Below, in pieces: positions 1-10,865 of a DNA stretch of 64,000 nt. Under the pieces are notes generated by a model. The model was not told the DNA's origin and searched no databases. It saw nothing but the letters and a program-made list of their open reading frames with translations. This DNA is from Fistulifera solaris (taxonomy: Eukaryota), in assembly GCA_030295235.1 (NCBI GenBank), contig AP026164.1, positions 62,001 through 126,000 on the forward strand, written 5' to 3'. Both the position numbers and the translations under genes were made by a program. Position 1 is the first letter of the stretch; each line of letters opens with the position of its first letter.

Positions 1-193
1 AATAGCGGTTTTCGAACTCTTTAGACATTACTGGGGCAGAATGTTTTAATTTATGCTAGAAACTGCCGTACCGAGTGGATCTTTTCCTCTCTACTCTTAT
101 TTGTTGTTTCATGTTTCACTTTGTAATTAGTGGACTCAAAACAATTAAGCTGTAGTGCCTGTTATGACAGAATCGGCTTAGGCATTATCTTCC

Positions 194-3043
194 TCAGATT
201 AGAAAAGACTTTTCGGTCATTGACTCTAGAAGAAGTATGCGAGTGCCTTCGAACATGATACTGCGGACGGAACAATCCCATCCAACCCGATCCTCGAGTC
301 TCGACTTTAGATTCGCAAACGCCTGAGCTGATCTTTGTTTGGCGCTTTGCGCATTCATGGCGACAAGGATCTCAGCGGCAGGTTCCAGAACAACTACATC
401 AGCTGCGTCGCCATTTTCAGTTTCAATACAGAGACCAAGGCGATAGTAGTAGCTGTCATCGTCGGCCTTTGTAAGGATCTTGTCTATCGACGAAATGCTT
501 GACAAAGAGGGAATAAGATTTTTGAGAAACACGCGGCCTGTAAAAACTCCATCGTCGTACGATGTAAGCAACTCTTGAAGCGACTTCGTTTGAAAAGAGA
601 CATTGGAGCGGAAATCGGCACATCGCCGTTTTCAATTTCTAGCTGCTCAAGGGGGAAGGATCCCGCTTTCCGCGTTTCGTTCTTCACCACGGCGCGCATC
701 ATGTTTTTTCAATAGATCTATTACCTCGAAGCAATCGTCAGGTATTGGCGTCACGTGCGTTACACCTCTACTGTAGGCAACCGTTAAGCAGGTCAATTGC
801 TTGTAAAGTATATTGTCATCCCAGGCATTCCGCAAGCGAAGGAAAGTTCCGGGTTGCAAGTCTTTAATCTGTTCCCAATGAGGATCTTCCCAAATAGCAA
901 CATTCACCACTCGACCCGTTATTTGAGTTGGGGGGTCAAGACCCGATTTGCGACAAGCAGCTGCTAGTCGAGTTAAAACTTCAGGTGAGGGGTCGCCATT
1001 CTCGTTCTGTTCATCAACTGGGTTCGGATCCGAAATAGGAATTCCGGTTCCGTCCCAAACACGCAAAAATCCCCTAGGAACATTGCCAATCAAGTCTCCC
1101 GCTGGCATTGGATAGACTCCAGTAATCATAACAGAAAAGTCGCCCTTGAATCCAGATGAGAGTGTCAAGGACTCTTGTGGGACATGCAGATTCGACAATG
1201 TGCACTGGTATTGGCTTCGCAGGGACGGGAAGTTACGCTACCATGTTGAAACGCGATATGTTAGACGATATTATGATCAAAGAACAACCATAGACTCATC
1301 GATCAACAAAATAGTTTCCACGAACCTGTCTCTCTTGACCCCAAAGCCAGAGTCGTTCCATTTCCTTTTTTTCACTCTCTGTCGTCTCGGTATTTTGACT
1401 GGCGACATACGTCCATTCCCACACACCCTCACTTTGTTCTTCTTTCCGACAAACTAGAAAAGAGCTTTGCTTCAGTCCAGTCAGTTGTACATTGCCTTTG
1501 AATTTCTTCACTTCTAGTCGATGCATCCGAATCACGTCACCGGCGAGCCGAACATGTGGGAAATGATGCTTTCCGATACCAAAAATATTTATTGAAATGG
1601 ACTGCGGTTCATCGTCCACGTTGCTTGGTGCAATGCTTTCATCTATCAAACTGACAGTCATCATCCAATCTGATTCTTTGAGCTGCCGCGCTGGCGTAAA
1701 AGACAGGACTACCGCCATCACATCACACAAGCATTTCTCACTTCGATCTCCCGCATGAATACTTTGATAGCTTTCGTACTCGGCATCCAAATCGCTCTAT
1801 GAACAGAAACGAAATAAACTATCGTGAGTATATAGTTGTAGGAATGCATAGAATGCGAAATCGTCGAATCAGCACTTACAAGTTTGATGTAGGTAGAATC
1901 CGATTGCGATACAAGCTTTAAGGGTCGCTGCTCGGCCAAGTCACAAAATGGACTGTCTTCGATTCTAACAGGCTCTACATTGACACCATGCTCTTGACAC
2001 GGAGTAAGACAGCTTACATGCTCAATAAACTCCAGTCGTGAACCTGTTGCAACGTATATTTCCATATCGGGATGATCAAAACCAAAGCTCATTACTTCAT
2101 TCCCTTGATCGTCCGTAAGCTTCATTTTCGAATCCCTATCGCCAATGCACAGGCAACATTCAGACATATCGTGTGCTTCGTGCCAGTTGGAGGCGGGATA
2201 AGGAAACACACACGTGTGTGGGACATTCTGAAGACTGAAATAGAGATGCTGTGTTTGTTTTTGGAGAAAAATGGTAGACAAGGCTTCCGCGTACGTTCCG
2301 TAAAAGAAAACATGAATTCGTTGTGCTTTGACATAATTCTCTTCCAAGAATTCAGCTCTCTGTCGCAGTGTACTCACATCCTCTTGGACCTGTCTCATTT
2401 CGAAATTGATAACAGTTTTATAACAGGGGGAGAGTGGTCCATCGTCTTGAAAGCCTCCGAGGGTCAAACGAGGACAGTTCGGCGTGGAGGTATAAATATA
2501 CATGGGATGCGAAAGCGTATTAGAAGCCAATTGAACGCGACGCGTCTGTCGAACAGCAAAGCGTTTTTCTGCCTTACAAATCATGAGCGTCAAACTGTTT
2601 GCCATTAAGTCAATGTCGCAAATTCGTTTGGCGTGATGATGAGTCTTGTGTATTGACGGAACGCGGATTTGTATGTTTTCTTCAGGGTACTGTCTCTGCT
2701 GTTCCGTTTCTATCACTATTGCATTGTTTTGTGTTTCCAGTCGAGGCGAGTCAGGTTTATCAAATGCGATGATCCTTGAAGGTTGTTGAGGGCGAGACGG
2801 TTCTACTGCTACAAAGTGATCTTGCGTCGAGAATCGTAGCGTCGCATAAAACAAAAGGAATTTCTCCCGCATCTCTTTCCATGTCCCGTAGTCACCACTA
2901 TCTGCAAGCTGACTTAGTGGAGCATTTTCTAATGATTTTTCGTTTATCGTTTTTATTTCACAGTCCCTCAAAGAGGTATTGTAATCATTTGTGTCAGCTT
3001 CACTCTGCAAGTGATCGCGAAAGAATAAAGCCAAACCAGACAT
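194..3043 (-). CDS. POT1: POT1-like telomeric ssDNA-binding OB-fold protein with long N-terminal extension (spliced; apparent frameshifts near 650 and 590)
   Basis: Telo_bind-like OB1 motif 'DWMMTVSLIDES...INIFG...FPHVRLAGDVIRMHRLEVKKFKGNVQL' and OB2-like 'FLRVWDGTG...VNVAIWE...LQPGTFLRLRN'. GT-AG introns 1797-1879 and 1239-1325 join the ORFs in frame (YIKL|SDLDAEY; GQERQ|RNFPSL). Confidence 0.75.
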
Positions 3044-3590
3044 TTTCCTTTCAGCAGCAGTATCTCTCCTTGCTAAGCTTTCGAAAGATTGTTCTGTAAT
3101 GTTGTTCGGCTACGAAATGAATGAAAAACATGTACAAGTTCTCCATGATCGCCTCAAATGCGATGTTGTGTGTTGTGACTGTTCCTTCCGAAAAAAGTAA
3201 GAGCGGCGCACGCAATAAACCAATGCTATCTATCTCATGAATGACTGAAATGCAGTCGTGGAAAAACCTTGGGTTATAGTGAAAGTGAAAGATGAAGATC
3301 ACATACATAGAAAGCATGCATGGCAAATGGTGCTAAACCATACGAAGTAGTAGTCCCCAGTCCCCAAGATTCAGTGTTTACTTCCTTTGCTCGCCACCGT
3401 CATTAGAGACAATGGACAATTAGAGTCACAAATTTCTAGGTGAAACATCGCACCAATAAACTTATATTTTTACGGTTTTTTCAATGATTTCTCTCATTGT
3501 ATAAGTACTTGTCATGTCTGTGTCGTTGTTCGAATACACAAAGCTATACAAAGTACGTGATCTGCACGTGTCTAGCCCAAATAAGCGCTT

Positions 3591-5088
3591 TTACTGATGT
3601 TGGAGTGGCTTGTTCGGGTCACGCTCCATGATATCCTGTACATACTTCAACAGCATAGTGTTGAGTTTCTCTTCCGTATTGAAAACAGGGTTGATTTGAC
3701 CAGGCTTCATGCTTGAACAAAGATGGTTGACATCACGATGCTCGGCTTCATCGGCACGCACCGCGTACATAAGATCAAGTACACTACCGGTCTCGCCTAG
3801 TTTCCAGTAAGCGCGACCAATGGCGGGGGCCAATTGTGTGCGCCATGCTGCCAACTCGGTTCCTTCAGGAGCTTCTTCAATCGCTTGAATGATTTTCGTG
3901 TATGTGGAACAAGCTTCTTCTTCAACATATCCCACAAAGCGATGGCAAAAATGCGGAGAAATCATGTAAGCCAGAAGAAAGACGGAACCGAATCCAAATT
4001 GACCTCCCCACTACGGCAGCGCTAAAGTAATGCAGAAAGTCGCAAAAGAAGATTCGCAAAAGTGAGCACAACGGAATTCATCTCATCAACAAATGAAACC
4101 AGCGCGTTACGAAACATACCGAAACAAGGCATTGGGATTCTTCATGCGTACAAATGTAAGTAAATGCATGCGTTCATTGTTGGCTTCGTCTAGAAACATT
4201 TGAATCATTCCGCCATCCCGTTGCATGGTACGGAGTGACTTGAAGTGACGCACAATAGCGGCAACCATTCCAGGGACAGCGGCGATAGTTTCGAGATAAA
4301 TGGTGCGATTCATGACCTTGGTGGGTGTAATTTCTCCGTTCCAACCGGTCGCTGCATCAAAGCCAAACGCACCCCTTTGACCGCATTGTACGCCAAACGG
4401 TCCACGAAGGTCTCTGGGGGTGTGTGTTTCAATTCAATGTTCCAGTCCATGTTTCCGTGGCTCTTGTAAAACAAGTATTCGTTTCCACAAGAACCCAATT
4501 TGAGGGGATTGCCCGATTCATCCAATTCGACTGTATCACTTTCCTGACGTTGCACGACACGATCGATGGCTTCGATGAAACGATCAAAGGAGACACTTCC
4601 TCCCGATTTTCCGGCGTAGAATAGTTCACCGATTTCGACAATCTCGTCTTCGGTGAAGGCGCTGTTGTGTTTGCGCAGAAGTTGCTTGAGTTCGTCCGTG
4701 TCAATTCTAGGGAGGAGAGAGTGAGGCCGATGCGTGAGAGGAAACAACGCGGGCGTGACGTGAGGCATGTATTCTTGACTTACCGACCGTCGGAATTGCG
4801 ATCTACGGCGTTCAATTCTTTAAGGATGTTTTTCACCGTATCCATATTCAGAACACGAAGCTTCTTTGTCACAGTTCCGGGTGTTTGTACGACGACAGCA
4901 TCGTCCAAGGCAGCCGTGCTGAAGGAATATGAATGACCAGTCAAAGGATTTTTCCATACTTGCTGAAGATAGTTACTGGCTTGACTTCCAATGGCGGAAT
5001 AAATTGCTTTATCATGCCCAGCAGCAGCTGTTACCACAGGACGGAGAAATCGAGGAGCCGAACGACGCAAACTTGTTGCTGCAATCAT
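3591..5088 (-). CDS. AOX: Mitochondrial alternative oxidase with N-terminal EF-hand domain
   Basis: AOX di-iron motifs LETIAAVPGMV, NERMHL, VGYVEEEA and RADEAEH. Introns 4707-4783 and 4022-4119. Splicing creates the canonical EF-hand loop DRNSDGRIDTDE. Arg/Ala-rich presequence from ATG 5088. Confidence 0.93.
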
Positions 5089-5462
5089 ACTGTGTTGCTT
5101 TCTTTTCAATGAGGCTATTAGCGCGATTGCTAATGACAATTAATATTCAAATCAAATGATTACTGGTAATGAAGATCCTTTCAACAATGTGAACGAAAAT
5201 TGAAAATGACTTCCACACAACCATCCCAAAACGCCGACAAGAAAGGGAATGCCAAAAAGCGAAGCCTTCGAAGGTAAATTTTAGAAAGAGGCTGATGCTG
5301 TTTTATGGGATATCCCACGTCAGAGCGGAGGAAGTATCTACTATTTACCTCATACAGCAAGTGAGACAGGCGCGGAACGGTCTACACCTCCCATTATTGC
5401 CCAATCCGCAAGATTCAGAACGAGTGAGACGTGCAGGAAATGTGGACATTGAAATTCAGGAC

Positions 5463-5479
5463 GACGTCAGACGTCAGAC
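5463..5479. promoter_or_regulatory. Tandem GACGTCA units (ACGT-core, CRE/bZIP-like) upstream of AOX
   Basis: GACGTCAGACGTCAGAC about 380 bp upstream of the AOX start. The same 7-bp unit recurs at 23773-23796. Confidence 0.35.
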
Positions 5480-5912
5480 CATAAAATAATGCGAACCGCT
5501 CAGCCCAAGAGGTAATTGTACCAGCTAGGTAAACCTTATTCCTCATCATCCTCATCCTATGGCGACCATAAACTAAAATACTCCGTTATTGAGGCTATTA
5601 AAAATGAACTAACAGCAAAACGCTTTGTGATTTATTGTGGGTGGCAAATTGTCAAAACGCTTCATAATCATCTTTGCAGCTAGTAGGAGAACGAGAATGA
5701 TCAAGGAAAATATTTTAAAAACCTAAGCTTCCGATTCGATTCTTTAAGGGGACTTGTTTGCTTTTCTGGGAAGAGGATCAGAGATCTACTCAAGGCCGTA
5801 GTTGATTGTAATTTAATTGGAATTACTGCGTACCTGGTAAGGTTTAGCTGCATTGCTTGCCATTCTAAAGTTTATGCCTTGAATCATCAGTATAGTGCGA
5901 AGTGTAGACGCC

Positions 5913-6167
5913 ACATTTGTGAATCAAGAATGACTCAGTCCCGGGAGATGTGTGATAAATGATAAACAATTTTGCAAAAAAAAACAATCGTCTTGAAGCT
6001 TCATTGTGGCCCTAAACTGGTAAACGATCCCACCAACACTATTTCATTTATTGATGTTATCGTTAATCGGGACTTAGATGGATGCAGCTGCATCCCTTGC
6101 CTATCTTGCTATTTCAAGGTGTCGAGAGGACATTTTGTGAATCAAGAACGATTCAGTCACGGGAAAT
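5913..6167. repeat. Imperfect ~37-bp direct repeat pair in intergenic DNA
   Basis: acatttgtgaatcaagaatgactcagtcccgggagat (5913-5949) vs acattttgtgaatcaagaacgattcagtcacgggaaat (6130-6167). Confidence 0.6.
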
Positions 6168-6498
6168 TTCAATATACTTATCGTACTTAAGTGATTTCCA
6201 TTTGCCGTCTGATGGCTAGAGTTTATGCTTCATCAAAAAGTTGCTGGGATTATAAAGATTAAAGATTCTTCCTATCATGGGCGGCCACTCATCGTTGCTG
6301 AATAATAGGCAGAGATTTTCGAGAGTATATGTTGAGAAGTGCATGAATGACTTCGCAGTTGCTTCACAAGTCCAAAGGATAGGACTAAGAGCGACCTCTA
6401 GCTTCTAGTTTCATATGAATAAAGTAATTTAACTGTTAAAAAGTGTCTCTTCCTTCAACTCAAGTTTCGTTTGTCTTTCAGACTCGTTTCTCGCACCC

Positions 6499-6941
6499 TC
6501 ATCCTTTAAAATCCGTCGACGACAACTTGGATTGACCCGCTAGTATGTTAGAAACTTCCGAAACCGACACTTCGTCGTCCCATGTTGTTACACTGACATC
6601 TCCAAATCGATCGTATACTTGCACTTTAAAAGCACCTTTGAGTTTTCCTTCCGTATTTTCTACAGCGTATAGAATTCGGTAGTTCATTCCGGCAACGACT
6701 TGCTGGAATGATTGAACCACACGAAGATGTAGTTCTGATGCCTTTTGCTATCAAACGAATAACGCTGGTTTTGCAAGGGGAGTTGTGTCTGAACGTATTC
6801 TGTGACACCCTGCAGCATGGGGTTTTCTTCGGGCTTTTCAATTTCACTAAATCCACCCACCATGGCACAGTTCGAAGAGGAAGTAAGGAAGGATAGAATT
6901 AGCGTTACAATATAAAGAAAACGATACCAAAGATTTGTCAT
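6499..6941 (-). CDS. Secreted cystatin-like cysteine protease inhibitor (one apparent frameshift near 6725)
   Basis: Signal peptide MTNLWYRFLYIVTLILSFLTSSSNCA, N-terminal 'MVGGF' and the cystatin signature QQVVAGMNY (QxVxG). Confidence 0.8.
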
Positions 6942-7194
6942 GATGCGTTTGAAAGATGATGAACAATAATATGAAGTTGGAAAGGCAATTTGCAGAGAAT
7001 CCGCAGAATAGCGACACGCGACGCTTGCAACGATCGAATTCGTTCCGAAAGCAAAAATTGTGCGCAGTGTTCTCTTGTCCCTCCAATCCCACATCAGTCC
7101 CGAATACTTTGACCATGACACACAAAGACCTAACTAGGGTCTCTTCCTTTCTTATTATGATTACTTGAACATTAAAACTCAAGATAATTTTACA

Positions 7195-8715
7195 TTATTC
7201 GGTTGGATGCACGTAAAACAGTGCCGCCGTCAAGTAATTCCCTGCCGGCCACGAAATCGGAGACTGCGTATGACACGAGGCCGCCCCTGATACTCTCAAC
7301 AGAGTTACACGACGATGAGCGGCTAGTGCAGCTCCTTGTACCATATTCAGAAAGGCCTGTCCGCCTTCTTCTTGTGTCATGGCAGCGGAGCAAGTACAAG
7401 TCATGAGATAACCACCAGTATCCGCTATCACCTTGATGGCATCACGATTCAATGCATGATATTTACGACGCGCCTTGTCAAGTGCCGACACGGATGGCGC
7501 CAATTTAGGTGGATCCAGGACAACAATATCCCAACTTCTCTGACCATGCATGTCTTGTAAGAAAGACGTGATATCAGCTTGCACGCATTCCAATTCCACT
7601 CGATTCAATTCAGCGTTATCCGCGGCCGCCTTGACAGCATCCGCACTCGAGTCAACTGCCGTAGCCGCCTTAGCATTGCCTTGCACCAACGCTGTCAAGC
7701 TAAAGCCTCCATGATAACAACACAAGTCCAAAACAGTCTTGCCTTTTGCTAAAGACGCTACATGCATTCGATTCTCGCGCTGATCGCAATAAACACTCGT
7801 TTTTTGTCCTCCTTCGTACGGATACGCAGCAAATTTGACTCCATTTTCTCGATAATACACCACCTTGTCTTTTTCCGAAGAAGATTCTTGTGCTCCGTTC
7901 AGTAACAATGTGAATCGATTCGTGGTATCTTGTCCTTCTTTCGTAGCCTCACTCAAACCATCTTGTTCCAAACGACTCGGTGTCGTCCTCCACACCAGTT
8001 GAACACCAGAGCCCAGCGTCGCTTGTACTTCAGATTGTATCATATCCCGATGAACTTGACACCACAAGGCCGAACTCATAATGACGGCGTGTTGTGACCC
8101 AATAACATCAATGGCCAATCCTGATAACGAATCACCTTCTCCGTGACAAAGACGGTATGTATCGGTTGAATTCCAGTCAATTAGTCCGCCTTGTCGAAGT
8201 TGGAGTGCGGAACGCAAATGATGTCGGAGAACGACGCGGAGTGCTTCTTCCGGATCGGCTTCTTTGTTTTGAATCTGCTTGAATAAAGACGGCTGAACGT
8301 ATTTGTGACAGAGAAATCGTATTCGATACAAAGAATGCGGATTGTAGACACCATATCCGAGTACTTCCAAGGAGGAACTCTGTTCGCGTGGGACGGCGAC
8401 TTGCACCAATTGTCCGACTTGTATATTTTTCGACGAAAGGCTATCAATTGCTTTCGTAAAGACGAGTTGATTACCATCTCGGAATGACCTCGATTGCCGA
8501 TTTCGTTTCAAAGTAACACAAGGAAGAGAAGAAGTCATTAAAGACGATTTAGATGATTGAGAAGAAGAAGAAGAAGAAGAAGAAGAAGGAACAGGTTGTT
8601 TTGTTGCGAAAAGTCGAAGAGCAAATTGTCGTTTTCCGAGGTTTGTCGAAATGGCAAATCCTTGACAAGAAGAAACCAACAAACACAATTGCAACATGAT
8701 AAGCCTTCTGCTCAT
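7195..8715 (-). CDS. RlmI-like SAM-dependent rRNA m5C methyltransferase, probably plastid-targeted
   Basis: 'YRLCHGEGDSLSGLAIDV', 'GQKTSVYCDQRENR', 'VLDLCCYHGGFSL', 'DIVVLDPPKLA', 'LMTCTCS'. Signal peptide followed by 'QG-FAI' and a Ser-rich transit peptide. Confidence 0.85.
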   Translation of the reverse strand: MSRRLIMLQLCLLVSSCQGFAISTNLGKRQFALRLFATKQPVPSSSSSSSSSQSSKSSLMTSSLPCVTLKRNRQSRSFRDGNQLVFTKAIDSLSSKNIQVGQLVQVAVPREQSSSLEVLGYGVYNPHSLYRIRFLCHKYVQPSLFKQIQNKEADPEEALRVVLRHHLRSALQLRQGGLIDWNSTDTYRLCHGEGDSLSGLAIDVIGSQHAVIMSSALWCQVHRDMIQSEVQATLGSGVQLVWRTTPSRLEQDGLSEATKEGQDTTNRFTLLLNGAQESSSEKDKVVYYRENGVKFAAYPYEGGQKTSVYCDQRENRMHVASLAKGKTVLDLCCYHGGFSLTALVQGNAKAATAVDSSADAVKAAADNAELNRVELECVQADITSFLQDMHGQRSWDIVVLDPPKLAPSVSALDKARRKYHALNRDAIKVIADTGGYLMTCTCSAAMTQEEGGQAFLNMVQGAALAAHRRVTLLRVSGAASCHTQSPISWPAGNYLTAALFYVHPTE

Positions 8716-9174
8716 GGTAATCAATTGCAATCCGGATGGATTGCTTTATTGTGAATCTATCTATGCTCGTCGATATTCGCTAGGATATAATCATCGGTTT
8801 GTTGTTTTGTTGAGTTGATGCGTCTTTTTCTTATTCACATCATCACTCCGTACTTTGTGTTGTGTTACTTGGAGTATGATTTTTACGTGGTTTTGACAGG
8901 AACCGTTTGTAGGTCAACAGTGTCTTTGACACTTTCACTCCGTTCACTGCAAAGCCTACAGTACCTGGTAACCTTACGAACCATTTTCCCATGTGTCCGT
9001 ACGGTACAGACATTGCTGGGTGTGACGCAATCGCGTTTCTTCGCGTCTTCTTTTGCGTTGCAATCAAGATTCAAGATACGTAGTACTACAGTTTGTACGT
9101 ACCACCGATGCATCGGGAAAGCCATACAAAGTATCTGATTGCATTGCATTGCATTTCTTGAATTCATTGAAAAT

Positions 9175-10766
9175 ATGCTTTCACAACGAAGGATGCACTC
9201 CATTATAGCGTGTTTATGGGGTGTGAGTCTGACGGCTTTCGTGTACAGTTTTTCGCCGTCACAAATGCACCGCCCCCATCGCCTGCGATCGTCACAATTG
9301 AATGTAGCGAATGCCTTGTCGTTAAATACAACTCCATTTCCATCTTTTGCGGAAGGAATCAAGACACCGAAAGTGGGAGTTCTTTTATTGAATCTAGGAG
9401 GACCGGAAACGAGTGATGATGTTGAAGGTGTGTAAGATATGGTGCTACGTTTTGCTCATCGCAGTCGTTTCGACCCCCCTCACACGTATCCCCTATCATC
9501 ATCTTTTCTGCGCATATCCATAGGCTTCCTGTTCAACTTATTCGCTGATCCTGATATCATTCGATTACCTGCACCACTAGCACCATTGCAAGGCTTCATT
9601 GCCTACTTTATCTCCAAACGTCGTGCTCCGAAAAGTAGGGCAGCCTACGAAAGCATCGGAGGAGGCTCCCCTATTTTAAAGTACAGTAATGCACAGGCTG
9701 ATTTGTTGAAGCAGTCTCTTTCGAAACGATACGGGTTAGATGTAGAGACCTACATTGGTATGAGATATTGGCATCCCTTTACCGAAGAAGCACTCGAACA
9801 AATTCGCAAAGATCAAATTGATGCTCTCGTCATTCTGCCACTCTATCCGCAATTCAGTATCAGTACTTCGGGGAGTTCATTACGAGTCTTGCAAGAGGAA
9901 TTTTCAAAAATGCACCACAATACGGGAATCTAGTTCATACAGTGGTCCCAAGTTGGTACAATCGACCGGGATACGTCAATGCGATGGTCAAGCTCATTCA
10001 AAAGGAGCTTGATTCGTATTCGCCAGAGGAGATTAACGAAGCGCTAGACACCGCGCCCGATCAAAAACCGTTGCATGTTCTCTTTTCGGCACATGGTGTT
10101 CCTAAATCGTACATAGAAGCGGGAGATCCCTATCAGAAACAAATTGTTGATTGCGTCGAACAAATCAAATCAGTTCTGCCCAGTGATAATGTGGAAGTAC
10201 ATCTTTCCTATCAATCGCGCGTCGGACCTATTGAATGGTTGAGACCTTACACGGACGATGTATTACCCGAGCTGGGAGACAAGGGTGTCAAGAACTTGGT
10301 AGTGGTTCCGATCTCGTTCGTGAGCGAACATATTGAAACATTGGAAGAGATTGACATTGAATATCGAGAACTGGCGGAAGAACATGGGATCACAAACTGG
10401 CGGCGGTGTCCAGCGCTTAACACGGATGAGGCTTTCATCACCGATATGGCTGATCTAGTATACGAAGCCCTTCAAGAACCGGCGCAAAGTGTCACAGAAG
10501 CATGTGTCGCCAACAGTGTTTCTGAAATCAGCTTGGAGGATGACATTCGTATGGCTGGCGTGCAAGGAGTTGGTGCGGAAAGCCCTGTTGTGAGTCGTGC
10601 GCGAAGTAGCTTGATGGCTCAACAAACCGGCGGATTGCAATTCACGGAACGCATCACTGCCCGCGTGGCGATTTTGGGTGTCCTCGTGACGGTTTTATTG
10701 GAACTAGTCAATGGGAAATCATTCATGCAAATGGTACAAGGTGGTGGGCTATTTCGGCTCCCATAA
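9175..10766 (+). CDS. hemH: Plastid ferrochelatase with C-terminal CAB/LHC-like helix
   Basis: '[11 protein letters not shown]', '[12 protein letters not shown]', 'GGGSP', 'MRYWHPF', '[15 protein letters not shown]', 'FSAHGVP', '[15 protein letters not shown]', '[16 protein letters not shown]'. Intron 9428-9523; apparent frameshift near 9905. Confidence 0.95.
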
Positions 10767-10865
10767 ACCAATATGTTTAAAATAATACAACGATTTAATA
10801 ACTTAACTGCCTTGAAAACATTATTATGAATTGTAAATCATAAAGGTTAAAGTAATGAAAATGGA

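Noticed and set aside
8560..8587. (GAA)n microsatellite
   Set aside because: It encodes the poly-Ser stretch of the methyltransferase transit peptide.
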